Shown one piece after another: positions 1 through 8,553 of a DNA stretch of 28,506 nt (its first letter is position 1; each line of letters starts with the position of its first letter). The stretch covers positions 1-28,506 of IMG/VR virus record IMGVR_UViG_3300045988_180696; one strand, written 5' to 3'. Source of the stretch: a virus. The notes beneath the pieces are model-generated. The model saw only the letters and a list, made by a program, of their open reading frames with translations, did not search any database and had not been told where the DNA came from. A program made the position numbers and the translations under genes.

Positions 1-262
1 CGGGGCTTGCGGGGCAACCCGTAAGCCCGGTTGATTAGCCTAAGTCTGCTGCTCCGGCGGCAGGAAACTACGTTGTGTACTAATAATATAGGCACCTTAC
101 TCATGCTCCACAAGTGGTGAGCTCTGCGGATGTTTGTTAAAAATCTCTGAGGGTAGGAGACGTGCAAACATCATACCGAAAGGTAAAACAGTACAACAAC
201 ATTGGCGATGTGGACCACGGGGCGCAAGCCCTGACTTATCGATTCATTATTTACGAAAGGAG
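1..262 (+). ncRNA. Candidate omega RNA (HEARO-like) upstream of iscB; 5' end and guide would lie outside the window
   Basis: Non-coding region directly 5' of an IscB ORF, the established position for omega RNA. It is rich in hairpins: GGGCTTGCGGG-GCAA-CCCGTAAGCCC near nt 3-28 is an 11-bp stem with a GCAA loop, and GGGC-GCAA-GCCC lies near nt 218-230. No covariance search was run. Confidence 0.55.
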
Positions 263-270
263 TACCTTGC

Positions 271-1668
271 ATGAGCACTTGCGTTTGTGTTCTTAGCAAC
301 AACGGTGAACGCTTAATGCCCACCATCCGTCTTGGCAAGGTGCGCCATCTTTTGAAAGACGGAAAAGCAAAAATCATTAAGCATCATCCCTTTACTATCC
401 AACTGCTGTATGACAGCAAAACAAACACACAACCCATCGAAATCTGCGAAGATGTGGGCTACAACTACATCGGCATCAGCGTAAAAAGCGAATCTCACGA
501 ATATGTGTCTGCCCAGTATGATACATTGCAAGATGAGAAGGAACATCACGATGATTGCCGCAAGTATCGCCGTACACGCAGAAACAGACTGCGTTACCGT
601 AAACCGCGCTTCGATAACCGCAAACGTGATGATGGTTGGCTTGCGCCCTCTCTTGAACACAAGAAAGAACTCAACGTCAATGTCATCAAGATGTATTGCG
701 AAGTAATGCCTATTACGCATGCAATTGTTGAGGTTGGTTCTTTCGATACGATGCTTGTAAAAACAATCGAGGAAGGCAAAGCCACACCAGAAAGCGCAGA
801 TTATCAAAAAGGTCCCCGCTACAAGTTGGCAACTTTGCGGGAGGCGGTATTCTATCGGGATAACTACACTTGCCAGGTTTGTGGGCGCAAAGCTAATGAA
901 GGTGCAATTTTGCACGTGCATCACATGTTTTATTGGAAAGGTCGCCATGGCAATAGTCTCAGCGAGCTTATAACAGTATGCGAGAAGTGCCATACACCAG
1001 CTAACCATCAAAAAGGCGGCAAGCTCTACGGATTTGGTGAAGATATAAAGTTCGCCAATCTTTCTGGTGCGGCGTTCATGAACACCGTGCGCTGGCAAAT
1101 CGTTAATGTACTTAACGCTGCTTTTGGAAAGCCGTTCGTCACATTCACTTATGGTGCGATGACCAAAGAAAAGCGGATTGCTCTTCATCTTGAAAAGAGT
1201 CATAACAACGATGCGTATGCAATGGGCAGCTTTCATCCAGTTAACCGCTGCGCGTTTGAACATTATGAAAAGGTGAAACGCAATAACCGCATTCTCGAAA
1301 AGTTTTATGACTCGCAGTACATTGACATTCGTACAGGAGAAATAGCTACCGGAAAAGAACTCTTCAACGGTAGAATCAGCCGCAGCCATAAAAAGGATTC
1401 CGAAAACCTGCACAAGTACCGTGGAAAGAGGATTTGTAAAGGGCACCGCGCTCTACGCCGAAAAAAGGTGGCCCTCAATCCCGGAGATTTAGTTTCTCTC
1501 AACGGAGAAATTCTTGTTGTCCATGGCACTCATACCAAAAAGAATGGTTCTGTAAACGTGGAATTCAAAACTCCATCGAGAGGTGGTAAAAAATCCGCAA
1601 GCCTTAAAAAGCTGAAAATTGTTAAAACGTCAAACCTCATGCATTCTGCGTGGACTAAAGTAGCTTAA
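271..1668 (+). CDS. iscB: IscB-family RNA-guided nuclease (RuvC + HNH)
   Basis: N-terminus LMPTIRLGKVRHLLKDGKAKIIKHHPFTIQLL resembles the IscB N-terminal domain. RuvC-I is EDVGYNYIGIS (Asp61), followed by a bridge-like RRTRRNRLRYRKPRFDNRKRDDGWLAPSLEHK. RuvC-II is IVEVGSFDT, HNH is CQVCGRK...LHVHHMFYW...CEKCHTPANH, and RuvC-III is HNNDA. RBS AAAGGAG precedes the ATG. Confidence 0.9.
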   Translation: MSTCVCVLSNNGERLMPTIRLGKVRHLLKDGKAKIIKHHPFTIQLLYDSKTNTQPIEICEDVGYNYIGISVKSESHEYVSAQYDTLQDEKEHHDDCRKYRRTRRNRLRYRKPRFDNRKRDDGWLAPSLEHKKELNVNVIKMYCEVMPITHAIVEVGSFDTMLVKTIEEGKATPESADYQKGPRYKLATLREAVFYRDNYTCQVCGRKANEGAILHVHHMFYWKGRHGNSLSELITVCEKCHTPANHQKGGKLYGFGEDIKFANLSGAAFMNTVRWQIVNVLNAAFGKPFVTFTYGAMTKEKRIALHLEKSHNNDAYAMGSFHPVNRCAFEHYEKVKRNNRILEKFYDSQYIDIRTGEIATGKELFNGRISRSHKKDSENLHKYRGKRICKGHRALRRKKVALNPGDLVSLNGEILVVHGTHTKKNGSVNVEFKTPSRGGKKSASLKKLKIVKTSNLMHSAWTKVA

Positions 1669-1740
1669 AAAACTAAAGAAAGGAGACACGGGGTATTTGG
1701 ACTTACTAAGTGTGCCTCAAATGTACTCTTAGTCAACGCA

Positions 1741-1777
1741 TTCCTCACCGCCTAAGTCGTAAGCGACTATAGACGGT
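1741..1777. repeat. Imperfect hairpin CACCGCCTAAGTCG-TAAG-CGACTATAGACGGTG, possible remnant of IscB-element non-coding sequence
   Basis: Read directly from sequence. It lies just upstream of a truncated IscB C-terminal fragment. Confidence 0.4.
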
Positions 1778-2018
1778 GTACCCTGCGCACAAATTTTATG
1801 GAATTCGAAAAGCCAATCAAGCGCCCTATATCGTTAAAGGCTTTCGCCTCTGGGATAAGGTGCTCTATAACGGGCAGGAATGTTTTATTTCGGGACGCAG
1901 GACATCGGGATATTTCGCTTTAAGAAAATTCGATGGTACAACCATTACGAATAGCATTTCATTTAAAAAACTGCGACTATTAGAGCCTGCAACAAACTAT
2001 TTAATCGAAAGGAAGTGA
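1776..2018 (+). pseudogene. IscB C-terminal fragment (relic 1)
   Basis: IRKANQAPYIVKGFRLWDKVLYNGQECFISGRRTSGYFALRKFDGTT...ISFKKLRLLEPATNYLIERK is the characteristic C-terminal region of clostridial IscB proteins, without RuvC or HNH. Confidence 0.75.
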
Positions 2019-2030
2019 ATGGGCAAATCC

Positions 2031-2062
2031 TCCCACGACTGAAGTCGCGGGTATCCTTGCCA
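2031..2062 (+). mobile_element. IS200/IS605-type right-end hairpin of relic 1
   Basis: CTCCCACGACTGAAGTCGCGGGTATCCTTGCC lies immediately after the IscB C-terminal fragment. This is the typical subterminal hairpin of IS605-superfamily elements. Confidence 0.65.
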
Positions 2063-2143
2063 TGATTGATGATGCCCCTGAAAAACACAAATCTAAGGGC
2101 TGGACCAACGCGATGCCAAAAACAAACGAAGTTAAAAAGCCAC

Positions 2144-2171
2144 TTGCACAAATGTGCGAACCGCCTAAAAT
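2144..2171 (+). promoter_or_regulatory. TGCGA-type promoter P1
   Basis: TTGCAC-aaatgTGCGAaccgcc-TAAAAT, 16-nt spacer. Confidence 0.7.
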
Positions 2172-2176
2172 AATAA

Positions 2177-2278
2177 TTGCATAACAGATACCATCACTTA
2201 CCTCCTAATTGAACATTAAATTAACAATCTGTCATGCACAAGTAAGCAGACTCTCTTTTGAGGGCCTGCTTCTTTTTT
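2177..2278 (+). ncRNA. Leader element A: 5' hairpin plus intrinsic terminator
   Basis: TTGCATAACAGAT pairs imperfectly with ATCTGTCATGCA. It is followed by AAGCAG-ACTCTC-TTTT-GAGGGC-CTGCTT-CTTTTTT and contains CAGATACCATC. Confidence 0.6.
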
Positions 2279-2324
2279 GTATGTATTGATTAGAAACAAA
2301 AATATTTCAGAAAGGATGAATACT

Positions 2325-2567
2325 ATGACCACAAATACCAAGAACAGCTTTACCAGGTTCGCGGCTGCCGCAAAAGATTGCTTCTATGTGAATTCTTTTC
2401 GCGCAGACTTAGTTCAGTGCGACAGGGCCTTGAAAATGGACGGCGAGATGCACGTCGAAGCGGAATGCTGGATGAACATTTTGGATGCCCTGGACGATAA
2501 CGACATCAAGATGTATGTCGATAACGAATACCGTCCCGGACTTTTGAACCCGTTCCATAAATGGTGA
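2325..2567 (+). CDS. Small hypothetical protein with C-terminal YRPGLLNPF motif; paralogue of 15662..15907
   Basis: RBS AGAAAGG before ATG 2325. The 2277 start in the ORF track is a TTG inside the terminator U-tract. Confidence 0.65.
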   Translation: MTTNTKNSFTRFAAAAKDCFYVNSFRADLVQCDRALKMDGEMHVEAECWMNILDALDDNDIKMYVDNEYRPGLLNPFHKW

Positions 2568-2589
2568 CGCTCCAAAAACAAGTCAATAA

Positions 2590-2609
2590 CCCACGACTAA
2601 AGTCGTGGG
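2590..2609. repeat. Solitary perfect hairpin CCCACGACTAAAGTCGTGGG, IS605 right-end-like
   Basis: Near-identical arms to the hairpins following the two IscB relics. Confidence 0.6.
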
Positions 2610-2672
2610 CTTGTGTCAGTAAGGAATCCCACCAAAAATAAAAAATACCCGAAGTGTGAAAGGAGCATAACA

Positions 2673-3155
2673 ATGCTTAATTCAAACATCAATAAAACCC
2701 TTGAAATCAACTCGAATAAAGCCGTTCTTCTCAGCATCAAGAAGCAATGGCTTGAAAAAATTCTGAGCGGAGAAAAGACTATTGAGGTCCGAAAAACTAT
2801 GCCGTGGGAAATTAGCTATCCTTTTGTAGTATTTTGCTACGAAACCAAAGCTAACGGTGGTGCTGGAAAAGTGACTGCCGCATTTGTTTGCCGTGACATC
2901 AATACACTCGATTGCCTGCGTGAGCTTCCGGCATATGCTATTGGTACGGAAGTGACCGCAAAGACCGCTCAATTCGTGAAGGACAGCTGCCTTACCGCAA
3001 ATGAGCTGATTGCATACGGCAATAAGTCCGGCACTCTTTATTGCTGGAACGTTTCTGATGTCCAATCTATGGATATGTCGCTGCGAGAGCTCGGCGTTAA
3101 GCGAGCACCACAGTCCTGGATGTATCTGCTAGTTCCTGACGACAAGACGTTCTGA
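2673..3155 (+). CDS. ASCH-domain (PUA-like) protein
   Basis: AVLLSIKKQWLEKILSGEKTIEVRKTMPW matches the ASCH N-terminal motif. RBS AGGAG at about 2661. Confidence 0.75.
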   Translation: MLNSNINKTLEINSNKAVLLSIKKQWLEKILSGEKTIEVRKTMPWEISYPFVVFCYETKANGGAGKVTAAFVCRDINTLDCLRELPAYAIGTEVTAKTAQFVKDSCLTANELIAYGNKSGTLYCWNVSDVQSMDMSLRELGVKRAPQSWMYLLVPDDKTF

Positions 3156-3170
3156 ACGATGCCTGTTGGG

Positions 3171-3198
3171 CTGTCTGCGTGTGCGGACCAAGCAAAAC
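3171..3198 (+). promoter_or_regulatory. Degenerate TGCGA-type promoter P2
   Basis: CTGTCT-gcgtgTGCGGaccaag-CAAAAC. It keeps the register and the 5-nt gap to the leader hairpin, but both hexamers are degraded. Confidence 0.35.
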
Positions 3199-3204
3199 AT
3201 CTAC

Positions 3205-3268
3205 TGCACGATAGAATAAATCGTGCAAACAAAGCAGACTCTCGATTCTTGAGGGCCTGCTATTTTTT
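3205..3268 (+). ncRNA. Leader element B (compact): perfect 8-bp hairpin plus intrinsic terminator
   Basis: TGCACGAT-AGAATAA-ATCGTGCA, then GCAGACTCTCGATTCTTGAGGGCCTGCTATTTTTT. Confidence 0.6.
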
Positions 3269-3289
3269 CTATTTCAGGAGGAAACATCA

Positions 3290-3829
3290 ATGATTCCTTA
3301 TCATATCATGGCAGACACCGGATGCCTGCCGGACGATGTTGTTCCGCAGATACCAACGAATCGGATGAAAGGGGAGGACCAGGAAATCCCAAGAATTTGT
3401 CTTGGGCATACCCTTGACGACTGCCTGACCAGCATCGGCATTGCGCATTTTGTCTCAAAATTCCTGCTCGCTGAGCTGCGTCAGAACAAAAAATACTCCA
3501 AGGACATGCCGTTACCGTTCATTGTCCGAATGTACAACATCAAGGACGAAGACCCGAATCTCTTGACCGAAGAAGAAACACAGAAATATGTGGCGGATTC
3601 TGTCGTGACCAGTGAATGCTGGCTCACAAGATACGAGAAACCCGTCAAAATCCAGAAACTTTGGCTTGTGGGCGGCGAAGTGGTGCTTTGGCCCTATATC
3701 GTTGACGGCGTCGTGTACGATTACCCAATCGTCCGTAACTCAATTTGGGCAGACAGCAAAACCTTGCCGGACCCGGAATTTCAGAATCAAATCATGGATA
3801 TCACTCAGAAATGGCTTAACGAAGCCTGA
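3290..3829 (+). CDS. Hypothetical protein (179 aa)
   Basis: Long ORF with RBS AGGAGG. Confidence 0.75.
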   Translation: MIPYHIMADTGCLPDDVVPQIPTNRMKGEDQEIPRICLGHTLDDCLTSIGIAHFVSKFLLAELRQNKKYSKDMPLPFIVRMYNIKDEDPNLLTEEETQKYVADSVVTSECWLTRYEKPVKIQKLWLVGGEVVLWPYIVDGVVYDYPIVRNSIWADSKTLPDPEFQNQIMDITQKWLNEA

Positions 3830-3851
3830 AAAAGAAGCACATCAAAAGCTC

Positions 3852-3879
3852 TTGCACATCCTTGCGAATTCCATAGTAT
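3852..3879 (+). promoter_or_regulatory. TGCGA-type promoter P3
   Basis: TTGCAC-atcctTGCGAattcca-TAGTAT. Confidence 0.65.
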
Positions 3880-3884
3880 TAAAG

Positions 3885-3989
3885 TTGTACGACAGATAAC
3901 ATCTACTTTGCACACCGCGTGCTCGTACAATTCATAATTCTGTTCTCATTCAAGGCAGACTCATCTTCATGATGGGCCTGCCTTTTTTT
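3885..3989 (+). ncRNA. Leader element C: hairpin plus intrinsic terminator
   Basis: TTGTACGA CAGATAACATC ... TCGTACAA, 8-bp outer stem with an inner GCAC/GTGC stem. The terminator is AGGCAG-ACTCATC-TTCAT-GATGGGC-CTGCCT-TTTTTT. Confidence 0.7.
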
Positions 3990-4081
3990 GTTTACAGAAA
4001 AAGGAGGAATTCAAAACAAACCACAAATCTCAAATCACAATCTTCCGCTACAAGGAAAAGACACAAAAAAGGAGTCACAAA

Positions 4082-4909
4082 ATGAAAGTCGAAAAGAATA
4101 ATAACAGCATTTTTCGGAACAAGCATGTCCTGGTTGTCGTCGCGGTGATGTGTATTTTTACCATCATCGCCTGCATGGGTTTTATGCTTTCTGTTCCTGC
4201 ACACGCAGAGGAAAACATAGCTCCCAAAACCGAACCTATCGCTTTTTCCACTCCCATTGAAACGGTGAATGAGCTCGATAAAGCGTTCCCGATAACGGAA
4301 ACTTCCGAAGAAGCACAGGAGGAAATTACAACTGCTGAGGTCGAATCTTCCGATGCTGCAGAACCGGAACCACGGATTGAGACCGCAGAAGCAGCCATCG
4401 AAGAAGCTGAACCGAAACCCGAAACAATTCCAGATAATCTCAACGACAATGAGCTTGAAATCTACACAGCTCTGCGGTCCGCTGGCCTTTCAAAGGCCGG
4501 TACTGCCGCAGTGATGGGCTGCATGTCGATGGAAAGCGGTCTTAAAGCCTCGGCCGAAAACCCTTCGGATGGCGGCTATGGACTCCTGCAATGGACTTAT
4601 AGCCGAAAGACAGACCTTTTCAACTGGTGTTATGGCAATGGCTATGACCCCAACACCGTTACGGGACAGGTGATGTTCTTCGTGCATGAGCTCAATAGCA
4701 CATACAGCAAAGCCGCCAAATACTCATATCCGGTGTACGAAACTCTCACTACAAGCGACAGCCTGGAAGATTGCCTTTCGATGTTCTTCTCCCATATGGA
4801 AGCAGGAACCAACGTGATAATCTCTTCCCGCAAAGTCTATGCAGGAGGGCTGACCACGTTAGACCTGTACCGCAAACGCTTAACTGCCGCTTACAAATAC
4901 TTCATTTGA
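4082..4909 (+). CDS. Secreted or membrane-anchored lysozyme (phage_lysozyme2 / phage tail lysozyme-like)
   Basis: N-terminal hydrophobic segment (VLVVVAVMCIFTIIACMGFML), a Glu/Pro-rich linker, then LSKAGTAAVMGCMSMESGLKASAENPSDGGYGLLQWTYSRKTDLFNWC. RBS AAAGGAG. Confidence 0.8.
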   Translation: MKVEKNNNSIFRNKHVLVVVAVMCIFTIIACMGFMLSVPAHAEENIAPKTEPIAFSTPIETVNELDKAFPITETSEEAQEEITTAEVESSDAAEPEPRIETAEAAIEEAEPKPETIPDNLNDNELEIYTALRSAGLSKAGTAAVMGCMSMESGLKASAENPSDGGYGLLQWTYSRKTDLFNWCYGNGYDPNTVTGQVMFFVHELNSTYSKAAKYSYPVYETLTTSDSLEDCLSMFFSHMEAGTNVIISSRKVYAGGLTTLDLYRKRLTAAYKYFI

Positions 4910-4926
4910 ATTAGGAGGAAGTCACA

Positions 4927-5262
4927 ATGAAAGCAACCGTTTATCTGTCCCGAAAACTCTTGAACCAGTTAAAGGTAAAAGAAACCGAAAGCAAAGACCT
5001 TATGCTAACCCATAACCTACACAACATCATCATCAACGGTAAGCGTGTTGGCTGCTCTGGCCACATTCAGAACGTTCTCAACAATAAGTGCGTTTACGTC
5101 AGCACTGAAAAGAGTTGCTATCAGCCCTTGTCTGACAAGAACATGGTTCGCTATGCCGCCAGTATGAAAGATTACTCCTCTGTATCGCTCGGCGCAAAAG
5201 GACGTAATCAGTTCGTGACCAATGATGAGTTGGTTGGAAAAATCATTGATATGCTCCGATAA
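4927..5262 (+). CDS. Hypothetical protein (111 aa)
   Basis: ORF with RBS TTAGGAGG just after the lysozyme stop. Confidence 0.7.
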   Translation: MKATVYLSRKLLNQLKVKETESKDLMLTHNLHNIIINGKRVGCSGHIQNVLNNKCVYVSTEKSCYQPLSDKNMVRYAASMKDYSSVSLGAKGRNQFVTNDELVGKIIDMLR

Positions 5263-5289
5263 GGACATAAACAGAAAGAGAAAAAGCTC

Positions 5290-5460
5290 ATGAAAACCGG
5301 TATCAAGAATCAGATAGTAATAGTATCTGCTGTGGCAGCTGTTCTGCTCATTGTTATGAGCGTCTGTGCAATTGCGGAGAGCATTACCTTTGAGAAGGTT
5401 GCTGCTCTCGCTGCAAGCGCACTTGCCTTGAACAAATGCTGCGGCATCCTGTTAAACTAA
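5290..5460 (+). CDS. Small membrane protein (56 aa), not in the ORF track
   Basis: MKTGIKNQIVIVSAVAAVLLIVMSVCAIAESITFEKVAALAASALALNKCCGILLN*, tightly packed between neighbours. Confidence 0.55.
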   Translation: MKTGIKNQIVIVSAVAAVLLIVMSVCAIAESITFEKVAALAASALALNKCCGILLN

Positions 5461-5472
5461 GGAGAAAAAATC

Positions 5473-6057
5473 ATGAAGAATAAATACAAAGTTGTTGCCT
5501 TGGTTCCTTTGGAGTTCTCTGTTGAGGGAAGCTCCGATTCCAAAGAGGCAATCGAATCCGTCAAAAACATTTTCGAAGCGTGTCGGAATGATAACGACTG
5601 CGCGGACATCGTTTTTGATGGCATCGAAGAGTCACTTCGTCACGACAGTATCGAGTACAAAGTTGAAGCCGCCCAGCCTGAACCTGAGGTGAAGGCAAAT
5701 TCCGATATCCGTTCTGTTGCCTCCGATATCTGCGACGTCTTCGAGAACTATCTCGACGAAAACGGTGTCTATATTGTGTGTGACGATGCAGACGAAGAGC
5801 AAGACCGAAAAGCAAACGAAAGCGGCGCGATGTTGTATGGCATGGAATATTGGCATCTTGTTGAGGATGTCGAGTTCTGGCTGAGTCACATGAGTGCGCA
5901 GAGAAAGCCGGTCATTACTTCTAAAATTTTGAAGGCGTTCGACGAACTTCTCGTATCCAAAAACCTTGGTAACTCCGTGCCAAGCGGCGATAATCGCTAT
6001 CAACTGCACTCAAAGATTCTGAGTTGCTTGCGTTCTCGTGAGGAGGGGTTGGAATGA
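5473..6057 (+). CDS. Hypothetical acidic protein (194 aa)
   Basis: RBS AAGGAG; stop overlaps the next start. Confidence 0.75.
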   Translation: MKNKYKVVALVPLEFSVEGSSDSKEAIESVKNIFEACRNDNDCADIVFDGIEESLRHDSIEYKVEAAQPEPEVKANSDIRSVASDICDVFENYLDENGVYIVCDDADEEQDRKANESGAMLYGMEYWHLVEDVEFWLSHMSAQRKPVITSKILKAFDELLVSKNLGNSVPSGDNRYQLHSKILSCLRSREEGLE

Positions 6058-6584
6058 GCACGAAAGGCTGGAACAGTCTGAAACCTATTACGACCCCTGA
6101 CCAGATGTCCGCGCCGATTCATTGGAACCCAATGAACGAGGATTGGAAAATGCGGCTTGCCAAAAGCCAGATTTACAACACCTCTTCTGGTTTCGATACT
6201 CAAACGCTCGATGCTATGAAGAAGCTGCATGACAAAATCCTCACATTTGGCGGGGATGAAGTCTGCATGACGATGTTCGATGAAGATGCACCAAAAATCC
6301 TTGAACGCGGCCGGTTCTTTTATGGCAGCAGCTATATGAGGAAAGGCCAGGATTGCCAGTGCCATTACAATTCTGCACGGCTTTGGTATAAAAACAAAGA
6401 CCGGTGCTTTATTGCAACGGGCTATGCTCTTTCCGAAGACGGGCTCTGGCGCTGTCATTCCTGGGTCGTCCAGCCAATGGCACGCACCGTTCGCGTGTGG
6501 GAAACCACCGTCAAGCGTGTTGCCTATTTCGGCGTGGTTTTGACCAGCGAGGAATGCGAAGACTTTGTCGAGAACAACACATAA
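6054..6584 (+). CDS. Hypothetical protein (176 aa)
   Basis: ATGA overlap with the upstream ORF; RBS GAGGAGG. Confidence 0.75.
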   Translation: MSTKGWNSLKPITTPDQMSAPIHWNPMNEDWKMRLAKSQIYNTSSGFDTQTLDAMKKLHDKILTFGGDEVCMTMFDEDAPKILERGRFFYGSSYMRKGQDCQCHYNSARLWYKNKDRCFIATGYALSEDGLWRCHSWVVQPMARTVRVWETTVKRVAYFGVVLTSEECEDFVENNT

Positions 6585-6605
6585 CAATTGGGGAGGTTAC
6601 CCAAC

Positions 6606-7607
6606 ATGGGTGAACAACTACATTTCAGTATGGATGGTGAGTTCCTCACCGCCATTGCACGTGACTGGTTCTGGAATATGGACAAGCCGTATAAAAAGTG
6701 TGAGGAGCTGCTGCTCTCCTGCATGATGGGTGGCAACGAGGAAGAAAAAAGGCATGTTTGCCAGGACATTATCGAAGGCCGGAAAAGACTTGTTGGTGTC
6801 AATGAGTTTGAACTTGTCGATGACAATGTTCATGTTCGTTCCCTCGGGCAGAAGGTTGAGGAGCTTCAACACAGGATGCTGGTCAATCAAATTCGTGAGG
6901 ATATGATTGCACATCCGCTCAATTATGTTGACCGCTTTGCTATGACTGATAGCTATGAAACGCTCTGCACCAATGCAAAACATCATTATATCGATTGCAG
7001 CTATGACGGTATCAAGTGCTTCCTCTATGGGAAAACGGGTTATTCTGATGCATTCAACAACGGTGCATGGCTTTTTACCCACCCAGACCTTGTTGCAGAA
7101 TTCAATGGAGAACCGCTTCCTGAGCAGGAATCCAACCCGGAATTCTACAAAACCGATTTTTGGACCAAGCTTGCCTCTTGGATTGAAGCAAACATGAAAG
7201 GCACATCCGTTGAGCGCCGTCAGCGACTGTACAACAGCTATATCAGTGATAGACCCATTCAGCATCAGCTGACCGAATATGGTCTGATTGCTCCCGATGG
7301 CACCTGGTATGCCTGCGAGTTTGGCGAGCACGCTGCCCTGGCTGGCCGCATCATCATGCGCAATCGAGAAGCGTTTGGTCTTTCTGACCATGAAGTTCTC
7401 AATATGGCGTATGACTGGAGCGGCAAGGGTCTCGATTTCCTATATAAACGCGGTTGGATTGCCATTCGTAATCCTTCGATGGGCAATACATTCCTCGATA
7501 TGGATGAGACCAAAACCGCAACAAAAGCTCAAGTAAATACCATTTTTGACTATATTTCTAAATTCAACCGCTATGACATGAATGTTTCCAAGGTCATGGC
7601 TGACTAA
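6606..7607 (+). CDS. Hypothetical protein (333 aa)
   Basis: Long ORF; ATG 6606 preceded by GGGGAGG. Confidence 0.8.
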   Translation: MGEQLHFSMDGEFLTAIARDWFWNMDKPYKKCEELLLSCMMGGNEEEKRHVCQDIIEGRKRLVGVNEFELVDDNVHVRSLGQKVEELQHRMLVNQIREDMIAHPLNYVDRFAMTDSYETLCTNAKHHYIDCSYDGIKCFLYGKTGYSDAFNNGAWLFTHPDLVAEFNGEPLPEQESNPEFYKTDFWTKLASWIEANMKGTSVERRQRLYNSYISDRPIQHQLTEYGLIAPDGTWYACEFGEHAALAGRIIMRNREAFGLSDHEVLNMAYDWSGKGLDFLYKRGWIAIRNPSMGNTFLDMDETKTATKAQVNTIFDYISKFNRYDMNVSKVMAD

Positions 7608-7624
7608 AAAAGGAGATTTTTATT

Positions 7625-8200
7625 ATGACTTCCAATATGACTATGACCGCTATTTCCATCTGTAATTTTCTGAAACTCATCGTGAAAAGCACGGTTGAGC
7701 ATTACACCGAGGATTTCAAGCTGGACATAAAGATTTTTAAGCGCTATGCAAAAGAAGCGCAGGAAACTGGAAAGCCCGTATCGATGCTCTGGTTCTGCCG
7801 CTCTTGTGGAACGTATCTCTGCCCTGAGGAAGATGCGTACAAGAAAGATACTCCCATGTTCATCACGTTCAAATACTATGATGAGCAGGAAGAGGAAGAA
7901 GCCCGGACCATTAAGGCTTTTCTGGTCACTGTGACAGGGATGGAAGGACAAAAGCCAGTTGGCTATATCACTCCCATCAACTATGCGGATGAATGTGACC
8001 GCATTCGCCGTTACGCAGTACCTGCCGAAAAGGTCGAGCTTGTCTATGATAAAGGTTCCCTTGTCCAGAACAATGGCAACTATACGATTCTGAAGCATCC
8101 CAAGCTTGGTACACTTCAGAAAACGAAATTCTTGGCCGATGACCCTGACGCGCTTGATTATGCGCTGCATATGGCTCGCAATGAGAGAAAGGCAGGGTGA
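7625..8200 (+). CDS. Hypothetical protein (191 aa) with a possible CxxC...C zinc-ribbon-like patch
   Basis: RBS AAAAGGAG; LWFCRSCGTYLCPEEDAY. Confidence 0.75.
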   Translation: MTSNMTMTAISICNFLKLIVKSTVEHYTEDFKLDIKIFKRYAKEAQETGKPVSMLWFCRSCGTYLCPEEDAYKKDTPMFITFKYYDEQEEEEARTIKAFLVTVTGMEGQKPVGYITPINYADECDRIRRYAVPAEKVELVYDKGSLVQNNGNYTILKHPKLGTLQKTKFLADDPDALDYALHMARNERKAG

Positions 8201-8205
8201 CAGCC

Positions 8206-8481
8206 ATGAAAACGATGGTTACATTGACTCACGAAGAAGCCCAAAGCTATTTGGCGTACGCTCTGATTTGCGAAACGATGGAAGGAGCCTTTTGGAATTC
8301 CGGACGCCGTCGCAGACTATACAGCAAGACGTTTACCGAAGCCGAACAGAGGCAGATTCCCCGCATCAAAGCCACTGCTCACAAATGGTGTTTGGTTACT
8401 GGTGTTCCTGAAAAGGTACGCATGAGGTACAGCACCTATCTGCTGTGGCAGAAACTCGCGATGTTCTGCGCTGAAATTTAA
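8206..8481 (+). CDS. Hypothetical protein (91 aa)
   Basis: ORF MKTMVTLTHEEAQSYLAYALICETMEGAFW..., adjacent to the upstream stop. Confidence 0.6.
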   Translation: MKTMVTLTHEEAQSYLAYALICETMEGAFWNSGRRRRLYSKTFTEAEQRQIPRIKATAHKWCLVTGVPEKVRMRYSTYLLWQKLAMFCAEI

Positions 8482-8490
8482 TTTTTCATT

Positions 8491-8520
8491 ACCGTTGCCC
8501 ATTTGGGTGGCGGTTTTTTG
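8491..8520 (+). terminator. Intrinsic terminator
   Basis: ACCGTTGCCC ATTT GGGTGGCGGT TTTTTG. Confidence 0.8.
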
Positions 8521-8548
8521 TTGCGGATTTATGCGAACGGCCTATAAT
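8521..8548 (+). promoter_or_regulatory. TGCGA-type promoter P4
   Basis: TTGCGG-atttaTGCGAacggcc-TATAAT, directly after a terminator. Confidence 0.8.
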
Positions 8549-8553
8549 CAAAA

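Noticed and set aside
313-1446. 377-aa minus-strand ORF
   Set aside because: It is antisense to iscB, where the RuvC/HNH motifs are clear.
2277-2324. N-terminal extension MYVLIRNKNISERMNTM and its resemblance to MYILIKN at 8938
   Set aside because: The 2277 start is a TTG inside the terminator U-tract. ATG 2325 has the RBS, so the similarity is probably coincidental.
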